Origin: a virus
Length of the DNA stretch: 64,000 nucleotides
Virus record (IMG/VR): IMGVR_UViG_3300043100_000006
Location: 38,180-102,179 of that record
Direction: 5' to 3' (one strand)
A program made the translations under genes and the position numbers. Within the stretch, counting starts at the first letter, position 1; every line of letters begins with the position of its first letter. The notes under the pieces were generated by a model. The model was not told where the DNA came from. It did not search any database and was given only the letters and a program-made list of their open reading frames with translations. This document shows positions 56,982 through 64,000 of the stretch, piece after piece.

Positions 56982-57626
56982 ATGTGGACTAAGGAAGCAC
57001 CGAAGGAGCCGGGGTTCTACTGGTTTAGATATCCGCAGATGACCCCGATTTACAGGGACGACAACCCAACCATCGTGCGCGTGCTGAAACCGCTGTATGA
57101 TGGCGGTCCAGTGCAGTGCGCGTTTCCGGGGAACGAAGAATGTCCACATTCGATAAACATTCCCGGCGATCCAGAGTGGTGGAGCGAGCGCATTATCTCG
57201 CCATCGGAGCACGTGTTATTCGATGGATTCTTCGCACCGAAAGACTTCCCTGATCAAATGGCGCGCATCTTTGAGACGCGATATACGTGTCTGGTAAAGC
57301 AAAAGTCGGTGCAGTCTGTTCACGAAGGCGACGTTGTAGTCCTGCCGGAATATGGGCGGCTTTGGGTGCGCAAGATTGGTCCACCGAATACGGACGGATC
57401 CGTTCAACTCGAATGTTCAAACCGCCCACCAGAATGGTTAGCATTTGCGCCAGTCGGGAGCGAGCCAATCTCTCCACCGGGTGGACAAATGATCTGCTCG
57501 TCGGCAGACATGCCTTCGGAGACTGGCACACTGGTGATGCCTGGGCGCGCCGAATCGCAGCGAGCAGCAGGACTGCGGACCATCGCGAAGCCGGGAGAGC
57601 CGGGGTACAAGGAGCCAGCGCAATGA
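56982..57626 (+). CDS. Hypothetical protein
   Basis: WT...P.EPG.YW motif common in phage small genes. Confidence 0.55.
   Translation: MWTKEAPKEPGFYWFRYPQMTPIYRDDNPTIVRVLKPLYDGGPVQCAFPGNEECPHSINIPGDPEWWSERIISPSEHVLFDGFFAPKDFPDQMARIFETRYTCLVKQKSVQSVHEGDVVVLPEYGRLWVRKIGPPNTDGSVQLECSNRPPEWLAFAPVGSEPISPPGGQMICSSADMPSETGTLVMPGRAESQRAAGLRTIAKPGEPGYKEPAQ
57473..57485. repeat. Dispersed palindrome copy 11 (intragenic)
   Basis: CAATCTC-TCCACCGGGTGGA. Confidence 0.9.
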
Positions 57627-58084
57627 AAGCCTTGACTCTCTGGCAACCTTGGGCGAGTTTGGTAGCGGTAGGCCAGAAAGAAGTGGAGACTCGCTGTTGG
57701 CAAACAAAGTATCGCGGCGAACTGGCGATTCACTCAGCCGCAAATCTTCCCGCGAAGTGGCTCGGAGCTTCGCGACATCAGCCAGAGTTCCGCGACAAAA
57801 TAGCGGATATTTTCAACGCTCGGCGGGACCGTGACGAGCGAACAGGCTTCCACGTAGACGATGCGATTCGCAAACTTCCATTCGGGAAAGTGCTCTGCAT
57901 CGTTCGGCTCGTGGACATTCAAGAGACGGGCAGCATGGATTGCTGTGAACTGGCGGAGACGGAGCGACTATTCGGCAACTACGAACTCGGCAGATATGCT
58001 TGGTTCCTTGAGATGGTGGAGAAATTTGAGGAGCCGATACCGGCGAAAGGAAACAGGATGCTATGGAATTGGAATCAGGACTAA
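57623..58084 (+). CDS. ASCH domain protein
   Basis: KALTLWQPWASL...G.K.VETR.W...YRG.LAIH. Confidence 0.9.
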   Translation: MKALTLWQPWASLVAVGQKEVETRCWQTKYRGELAIHSAANLPAKWLGASRHQPEFRDKIADIFNARRDRDERTGFHVDDAIRKLPFGKVLCIVRLVDIQETGSMDCCELAETERLFGNYELGRYAWFLEMVEKFEEPIPAKGNRMLWNWNQD

Positions 58085-58408
58085 CTACAGGAATGACGGC
58101 ATCGAATTCCGCTCAAGCCCAGAAGCCCATATCGCTCTCTGATCTCCAAGACTCTCTCGCGGCGATTAAAGCAATTGAGCCATCCGATAGCGTACTCTGG
58201 GTTAATCAGGCGACAATGGAAATATTAAAAGCACAACTGCCACGGGCGACGGGGCCGCGATCACGCCACTTAATGGACCTCGAAATCTACATTGATGAGA
58301 GCGTGCCCTATCGAACAGTGGAAAGCGGTGTATGGGCGAGGATGAGCGATTTCAAAGAAGGGGAAAGCGGTCGCATGAAATCCGTGCGCCATCGATACAT
58401 GATTTGAC

Positions 58409-58451
58409 TTGACACCCTTTTCCTTTTGCTGATAAAAATTACTAGTGAATC
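58409..58451 (+). promoter_or_regulatory. Promoter with inverted operator copy
   Basis: TTGACA 58409; TACTAGTGAATC 58440-58451. Confidence 0.6.
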
Positions 58452-58485
58452 AACCGGAACAAAGAAATCGGAAGGAGCGCACGGC

Positions 58486-60171
58486 ATGGCCACGGCAGAG
58501 CAAGTAATCGGTGAATCAGTGTTTGAGATTTCGCTAGACCAGATTGTCCCATCCCCAAACAATCCCCGCAAGAACTTCGACGAGGGCGCGCTGGCTGAAC
58601 TGGCGACGACCATCGACCGCGATGGTTTGCAATCGCCCATCTTGGTGCGACCGCTGCCGGAAGGCAAAAACGAAATCGTTTGCGGTGAGCGCAGGTTTCG
58701 TGCGTTCATGCTTTTGGGGCGCGGATCAATTCCGGCCATTGTTCGCGAGATGACGGACGAGCAGGCAGATGAGGCGCGCATTGTCGAGAACCTGCAACGC
58801 GCGGACCTCGAACCACTGGACGAAGCGCAAGCATTCAAGGCGCTCATGGGTGACGGCACGGTCGCGGACGTTGCCGCGAAGGTGGGCAAGGAAGAGTCCT
58901 ACGTCGCGAAGCGGCTCAAATTGACCGACCTGATTCCGGAAGCTGCGAAAGCTTTGAGCACCGGGAAGATCCAACTCGGGCACGCGCTGGAGATTTCGCG
59001 GCTGAACGTTGCCGATCAAAAGCGCACACTAAAATTCTGCCAGAGCGAGAGCCAGGTCAATACCGGCGATTCATGGGAGAACGTCAAGACTACGATCACG
59101 GTCGAGTCTCTGCGGAAGTTTATCCAAGGCAGTCTGCTGGTGCAACTGAGCAATGCGAAGTTCGACTTGGCGGACCCAAACCTGAATCCAGAGATGGGCG
59201 CCTGTACCGCATGTCCGCATAACACAGCGAACCAAGGCGCGCTGTTTTCCGATGTCAAGAATGCGCGATGCACGCTGCCGGAATGTTTCTTCGGAAAAGA
59301 GAAGGCGGCACTGGAAGGGAAAGTCGAAGCTGTTGCGGTCGAGACGGGCAAGAAAGTGTTTCGGCTCGGGATTGGCAGCGAGCACGCGAACCGCGGAATG
59401 ACGAAAGTTCCGGTCGATGGATACTTCCAGGAGCACAGTTCGGCGATTGCGGTAGTCGATAAGGGCAAGGAGTGCGAGTCGGCAGTACCAGCGGTCGTGA
59501 CGTTTGTCGATCCAAACTCAGAAACCAAACTCGCGCCGGGCAAGCAGATCACCATCTGTACCGACGAGAAGTGTAAGATTCATCACGGGGCAGCGTCCTC
59601 GAGCAGCGGAGCAAAGAAACCGCTCAAGGGTCTGGCGAAAGTCGAGCACAAGGCGGAAGTGCTTGCGGAGAATCTCGGGCAGCGGGTGCGGGACGAAGCG
59701 TTCAGTCAGCTCGCCGACAAGTTGCTGGCTCAGGCGAAGTTGGGAGGCAAAGCAGTATCGTTCGACGCGCTCTCGGCCTTTGTGCAAGCGCATCTGCACA
59801 GCGACCGCTTCCGTGATATGGGCAATGCGCTGCAACTTCCGAAGCCGGAAAAGAAAGACGAATTCCGGGGAGCGGATTGGGAGGGTGCGGTCGCGAAGTG
59901 CTTCGAAAAGAATCCTTCAGCGTTCCTCCTGGCAATGGTTGCAGCGGAAGGCTTGCAGGATGAGGACCGCAAGAACGTACTCTATCGAATGGCCGACGAG
60001 TACAAAGTTGATGTGAAGAAGATCGAGACAGTGATCGCCGCCGAAGACAAAGCAGCCATCAAGGAAATGCGGGACCGGGCGAAGGAGCGAGAGAAGCCGA
60101 AAGCGGAGAAGAAGGCGAAGGCTCCAAAGAAAGAGAAGAAGGCGAAGAAAACCAAGGTCGTCGACGCATAG
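58486..60171 (+). CDS. parB: ParB/Spo0J-family protein
   Basis: NPRK.F, GLQSPILVR, GERRFRA, ENLQR.DL, HTH; long C-terminal extension; AAGGAG SD. Confidence 0.9.
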   Translation: MATAEQVIGESVFEISLDQIVPSPNNPRKNFDEGALAELATTIDRDGLQSPILVRPLPEGKNEIVCGERRFRAFMLLGRGSIPAIVREMTDEQADEARIVENLQRADLEPLDEAQAFKALMGDGTVADVAAKVGKEESYVAKRLKLTDLIPEAAKALSTGKIQLGHALEISRLNVADQKRTLKFCQSESQVNTGDSWENVKTTITVESLRKFIQGSLLVQLSNAKFDLADPNLNPEMGACTACPHNTANQGALFSDVKNARCTLPECFFGKEKAALEGKVEAVAVETGKKVFRLGIGSEHANRGMTKVPVDGYFQEHSSAIAVVDKGKECESAVPAVVTFVDPNSETKLAPGKQITICTDEKCKIHHGAASSSSGAKKPLKGLAKVEHKAEVLAENLGQRVRDEAFSQLADKLLAQAKLGGKAVSFDALSAFVQAHLHSDRFRDMGNALQLPKPEKKDEFRGADWEGAVAKCFEKNPSAFLLAMVAAEGLQDEDRKNVLYRMADEYKVDVKKIETVIAAEDKAAIKEMRDRAKEREKPKAEKKAKAPKKEKKAKKTKVVDA

Positions 60172-60276
60172 GAAATTTGTTTAGAAATTAACTTGAACGC
60201 TGGTCTGTTCTGTGCGATAAATACTGAGCATAACAGACCAGTCCGCATCGCCCCACTGTTGTAAGATAGAGAGACT

Positions 60277-61032
60277 ATGAATATCCCTCAGCAACTTTGC
60301 CAGATCAAGTTAGGCGTCGACCGCATCGAAGACGCCGTAAAAAGCATTCCCGAACTGGCCGATTTGCTGGCGGAGCAGACTTTGCTGATAGGACGCAACC
60401 TCGCCGCCGTCAGTAAAGAAGTGCTGGCGATGACGGATCAGGTAAGTTCGATCAACCGCGAGATCGAAGCGCAAGGGCTGCAAATCACGGCACTCGTGAA
60501 CCTTTTAACACCCAAGCCAGCTGTAAGCGCAGTCGGCTCGGTAATCGCTCGCAACCCGCAAGCCATTGAGCTTGCAGAAAATGATGGAGAAGACGACATG
60601 TTGAAATTCAAAGGACGCAAACTTTCAGGCAAGCCGGCAGTTCGAAAAGCCGGTGCCGACGTTGAGATCCAGGACGACGGAACAGCACTTTATACCGTAA
60701 CCGCCCTGGACTCAGACGGCAATCCGACCGCATGGCCTGCGGGCGCAACGTTGACCAACCCGGTCGTTACCGACCCGAGCACGGTCGCTGGTGGGCCGTA
60801 CTGGGCAGTGACGCCGAACGCGGCAGACCCGACAGGCGCAAGCCTAATCGGCACGCCGCAGAACGTGAACCCGGCTCCGGCTGGCGCACTGCCTGACACG
60901 GGCGTGGGCGTATCGGTGACGGTGACGTTCCCGAACGTTGCGCCATTCAGCATCCCATTCCCGCTGATCGACGTGATTGCCGATCCTAACGCGGCCAGCG
61001 CGAGCGGTGGAGTGGCAGTCGCTACAACCTAA
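60277..61032 (+). CDS. Hypothetical protein: coiled coil plus Ig-like domain
   Basis: Possible internal start at 60598 (GGAG SD). Confidence 0.55.
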   Translation: MNIPQQLCQIKLGVDRIEDAVKSIPELADLLAEQTLLIGRNLAAVSKEVLAMTDQVSSINREIEAQGLQITALVNLLTPKPAVSAVGSVIARNPQAIELAENDGEDDMLKFKGRKLSGKPAVRKAGADVEIQDDGTALYTVTALDSDGNPTAWPAGATLTNPVVTDPSTVAGGPYWAVTPNAADPTGASLIGTPQNVNPAPAGALPDTGVGVSVTVTFPNVAPFSIPFPLIDVIADPNAASASGGVAVATT

Positions 61033-61066
61033 ATCGCGGGCGAACTCTGAACCCGAGAGAGAAAGA

Positions 61067-61099
61067 GCCCGGCCTGAAAATGGCCGGGTTTTGTTTTTT
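61067..61099 (+). terminator. Rho-independent terminator
   Basis: CCCGGCC/GGCCGGG stem followed by T run. Confidence 0.75.
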
Positions 61100-61128
61100 G
61101 CGTAAAACAAAATCAGAAAGGAAATTCT

Positions 61129-62943
61129 ATGCCAATTCAACGCAGTTACGGTCGGCGGCGCGTGCCGCCAGCGCTTCCCGCACACATGATGTTGACGCGA
61201 GTCAGTCCAGTGCTGCCGATCTCTGTAGACCTCAGAGCATTCGACGGGCCAATCAAGGACCAGCAAAACTTGGGCTGCCACGATGACAAGACCGAAGTGT
61301 TGACAGAAACAGGTTGGACCCCTTGGCCGAAATACGACGGTGCTGCTCAACTTGCCACAGTGAATCCCTTGAGCGGAATGTTGGAGTATCAAGAACCCTC
61401 GGCAATTACGCAGTACGACTACGATGGCGAAATGGTTTCGCTGGAACACTGTAGTCTAGATTTCAGCCTCACGCCGAATCACAGGATGTTCGTGAGAAAG
61501 TGGGTTGAGTCCGCTCGCACCCTTTCGTCTTCGTATGAGTTCGTGCCAATCTCCGGCATTGGATGGTACAGCGGACTGCTGGCTTCTCCCTCTGGCTTTG
61601 TCGGAACTCAACTTGACAAAATATCTATCGGTAGGCGTAGTTACTCGGGCGACGACTTCATTGCAATGCTCGCGCTAATTGCGTCGGACGGATGGGTAGG
61701 GGGGACGGATAACAACAAGAATACGGTTAGCTTTTGTTGCTTTAAGGAATCTCGCCGACCGGCAGTTGAAGCGCTCGCTCATCGCATGGAGTTGCGCGAG
61801 GTTCCTTCACGGCGAGGCGTTTGGAAGTGGGCCGACCCAGACCTCGCACATTGGGTCCGTGTGAATATGTTTACTGGAGATCGATATCGTTCGCCATTCA
61901 AGCGCGTACCGGATATCGTCAAATGCGCCGCGCAAAGCCAAATCTCAATGTTCTTCGAGTTTTTTGGCGACAAGCATGTTAACCCAGAGCGAGGCCGACA
62001 GTTCTACACATCGAGCCAAAGAATGGCGGACGACATCCAAGAGCTGTGTCTAAAGATCGGCAAACGATGCAGTACGTTCGGGCCGATTCCAGCCAGTGAC
62101 GTAAAACTGAAAGACGGCAGGGAGATTCTCGCGGAGAACTGTGCAGACGCGTACACCCTCACGGAATGGACAAGCAACAACCTGTCAATCGAACGCAAAC
62201 GGCAGATTCGCTCTGAGCCCTACAAGGGCACAGTGTTCTGCGCTACCGTTCCCAACTCAACTCTAATCACTCGGCGCAATGGCACGGTCTTAATCTCAGG
62301 CAATAGCTGCACCGGGCACGCGTTCGCTTCGTCTCTCGAATGGATCTTCCGAAAGTATCTCAAAAAGCAACCGATCTTGAGCCCACTCTACGTGTATTCC
62401 AAAGAACTCATCGCAGACGGAAACTTCCCGAACGATGATGGCTCGGACGGGGTGACCGGGTGCAACGTGGTGATCGTGAATGGGGCGTGCGAAGATTCGC
62501 TGTACCCAGACGCATCGCAGAGAATCACGAAGCCGACTCCGGAGATGGATGCGAATGCAGCGCAGTATCGGGTCGGATCATACCACGGACTTACTGGAGC
62601 ACAGGTCGCAAAGAGTGTATTGGGTGACCCCGTTCCATGGCCAGTCCAGATAGGCTTCAACGTGGCAGCATCGTTCGAGTCGGACGAGGTTGCTAAGACC
62701 GGAATCTATAACCCGCAACCCGGCGAGCAGATTGTCGGAGGTCATGAAGTGAAGGCTAGCGGCTATGACCTAGGACCGACGCCGACGCTTCGACCTGCAG
62801 GATGCCCGCCTGCATTCCTTATTCAGAATTCGTGGTCGGACGATTGGGGGCTGAAGGGGTATTTCTGGATGCCGACATCGGTACTGGATGATCCCGCGAC
62901 AGACTGCAAGATCGTGCATTCAGGCGGCCCCTGGCGGCAATAG
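61129..62943 (+). CDS. Papain-family (C1A) cysteine protease containing an intein
   Basis: Spliced VDLR...IKDQQNLG|SCTGHA ... GGHEV ... IQNSW...WG..GYFW. Confidence 0.9.
   Translation: MPIQRSYGRRRVPPALPAHMMLTRVSPVLPISVDLRAFDGPIKDQQNLGCHDDKTEVLTETGWTPWPKYDGAAQLATVNPLSGMLEYQEPSAITQYDYDGEMVSLEHCSLDFSLTPNHRMFVRKWVESARTLSSSYEFVPISGIGWYSGLLASPSGFVGTQLDKISIGRRSYSGDDFIAMLALIASDGWVGGTDNNKNTVSFCCFKESRRPAVEALAHRMELREVPSRRGVWKWADPDLAHWVRVNMFTGDRYRSPFKRVPDIVKCAAQSQISMFFEFFGDKHVNPERGRQFYTSSQRMADDIQELCLKIGKRCSTFGPIPASDVKLKDGREILAENCADAYTLTEWTSNNLSIERKRQIRSEPYKGTVFCATVPNSTLITRRNGTVLISGNSCTGHAFASSLEWIFRKYLKKQPILSPLYVYSKELIADGNFPNDDGSDGVTGCNVVIVNGACEDSLYPDASQRITKPTPEMDANAAQYRVGSYHGLTGAQVAKSVLGDPVPWPVQIGFNVAASFESDEVAKTGIYNPQPGEQIVGGHEVKASGYDLGPTPTLRPAGCPPAFLIQNSWSDDWGLKGYFWMPTSVLDDPATDCKIVHSGGPWRQ
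61276..62304 (+). mobile_element. Intein, 343 aa, with LAGLIDADG-like domain
   Basis: Starts CHDDKTEVLT, block B TPNHRM, LALIASDG, ends VFCATVPN..LITRRNG....SGN followed by Ser. Confidence 0.9.
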
Positions 62944-63099
62944 TCCGAGACTCTGATTTGTAACTGCGAACTCTCCGAACATCTCGATAGCCGCAGCATC
63001 ATAAGACTGGGCTGCGGCTATCCTGCTTTTGAAACGGCCGAGATTGCGGCGGCTCTTCATGTTGGGAGTATTGCCGCCTATTGATGCTCTCCAGTTCAC
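62920..63099 (-). pseudogene. AP2-domain remnant of an HNH-AP2 endonuclease gene cut by the IS
   Basis: Hand translation WRASIG...NLGRFKSRIAAAQSYDAAAIEMFGEFAVTN begins at the IS end. Confidence 0.75.
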
Positions 63100-64000
63100 G
63101 ATTATTTACCTGACGAGTTCCGCAAATGAAAGTGGATCACAGGTCACCATATGACGCAAGGTTTCGGTAAACAGGTCGCGATTCTTTCTCCGGTTGAAGC
63201 GGAACTCCATCTCCGCCAGATACCGGGCAAGATGCTTGGCCGAAACCTTGTGCCACGATCCCACGATGCCGCGCTTGAGCAGCGAGAACGCCGATTCGAC
63301 GGTGTTGGTATGAACGTCGCCTTCGACATAGACGCCAGCCGAGTGCTTGATGGTCTTGTGCTTCGACCGCATGTTGCCGAACAGGGGAGGCGCGGCATCG
63401 TCCAGCGCACGCGGGTAGCTACTGGAATCATCCGTCACGATCACTTCCACGGAGCCGCTAACGTGCTCTTGGACGAACTTCGCCAGAGTGCCACTCTTAA
63501 CGTCGTCAACGTGGAAGAAGCGCAAATCGCCGCCGCGCTGCCGAATGCCGAGCACGATGTCTTTGTCAGTTCCGCGTCCGCGCTTCCCGCCGCGCTCGAC
63601 TCCGCCGACATAGGTTTCGTCCAGTTCAACCGTGCCAGTCAGGGGCGGACGTTCCGCTGTCGCCATAGCGAAGCGGATACGATGGCACAAGTACCAGGCC
63701 GTCTTGTAGCTCACACCGATGGTTCGCTTGAGTTGATTCGCAGACATGCCTTTCCGCGCTTCACAGAGCAGCAGGACAGCGAGAAACCAAGTTTCCAAGG
63801 GAAGCTTCGTGTCTCCGAAGATCGTGCCTGTAGTGACTCGGAACTCGTAATGGCAGGCATAGCAGATCAGGATAGCGCCGCGTCTGGACACGTCGCCCTG
63901 ACACCTGATACATTTCGGAGCGATGGGCCAGCGCAAACGCTCAAGCAAGTCCCGGCAGCAATCTTCATCGGAGAAACGCGACATGAGATCACGAAGAGTC
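63099..64000 (-). mobile_element. IS1595-family insertion sequence (runs off the window)
   Basis: Transposase plus candidate terminal IR GTCAGGTAAATAATCG (63099-63114) overlapping its stop. Confidence 0.8.
63106..63984 (-). CDS. IS1595 (ISXO2-like) DDE transposase
   Basis: Zn ribbon LRWP..C..C; VELDETY, TD...Y, HTNTVES, YLAE..FRFN.R; frame open to window edge. Confidence 0.95.
   Translation of the reverse strand: MSRFSDEDCCRDLLERLRWPIAPKCIRCQGDVSRRGAILICYACHYEFRVTTGTIFGDTKLPLETWFLAVLLLCEARKGMSANQLKRTIGVSYKTAWYLCHRIRFAMATAERPPLTGTVELDETYVGGVERGGKRGRGTDKDIVLGIRQRGGDLRFFHVDDVKSGTLAKFVQEHVSGSVEVIVTDDSSSYPRALDDAAPPLFGNMRSKHKTIKHSAGVYVEGDVHTNTVESAFSLLKRGIVGSWHKVSAKHLARYLAEMEFRFNRRKNRDLFTETLRHMVTCDPLSFAELVR

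Larger units (their letters stand above)
1..62943 (+). mobile_element. Tailed phage/prophage genome segment (siphovirus-like, GTA-type tail tip)
   Basis: Co-oriented portal-head-neck-tail-lysis-replication gene order with dense overlapping genes; ends not visible. Confidence 0.95.

Noticed and set aside
4943-57485. Palindrome copies as a CRISPR array or as terminators
   Set aside because: Copies are 0.6-13 kb apart with no spacer periodicity and no cas operon; no U tracts follow

Overview
About 63 kb of a tailed (siphovirus-type) phage or prophage, almost entirely on the + strand, followed by an IS1595-family element at the right edge. Order: glycoside-hydrolase-like gene, portal, MuF head protein with a 2H-phosphoesterase domain, protease/scaffold, major capsid, neck genes, three signal-peptide-bearing fibre/GH/FN3 proteins, tail tube, frameshifted tail chaperones, tape measure, GTA-like tail tip module (DUF2460, DUF2163/BR0599, NlpC/P60, giant tail-tip protein), an antisense DUF5317 + Flp-pilin cassette, lysis genes, then a long early/replication region (SNF2 helicase, nucleases, split RNase H, replication initiator, ASCH proteins, ParB) and an intein-containing papain-like protease. 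No terminase or integrase is visible in the window. The host may be Acidobacteriota (inference from the pilin and signal peptides). Main unexplained structure: (1) a 13-bp palindrome TCCACC(G/C)GGTGGA, extending to about 27-31 bp, dispersed in 11 copies mostly at gene boundaries; (2) an RNase H gene split by a 571-bp LAGLIDADG element too compact for a group I ribozyme, which carries a recoded copy of exon 1 and a guide-like antisense segment; (3) a probable -1 frameshift fusing portal to 2H-MuF; (4) a hidden Flp pilin; (5) two ORF-containing stem-bounded RNA-like elements; (6) a 12-bp operator in several, mostly leaderless, promoters. All functional calls come from motif recognition by eye, not from database searches.
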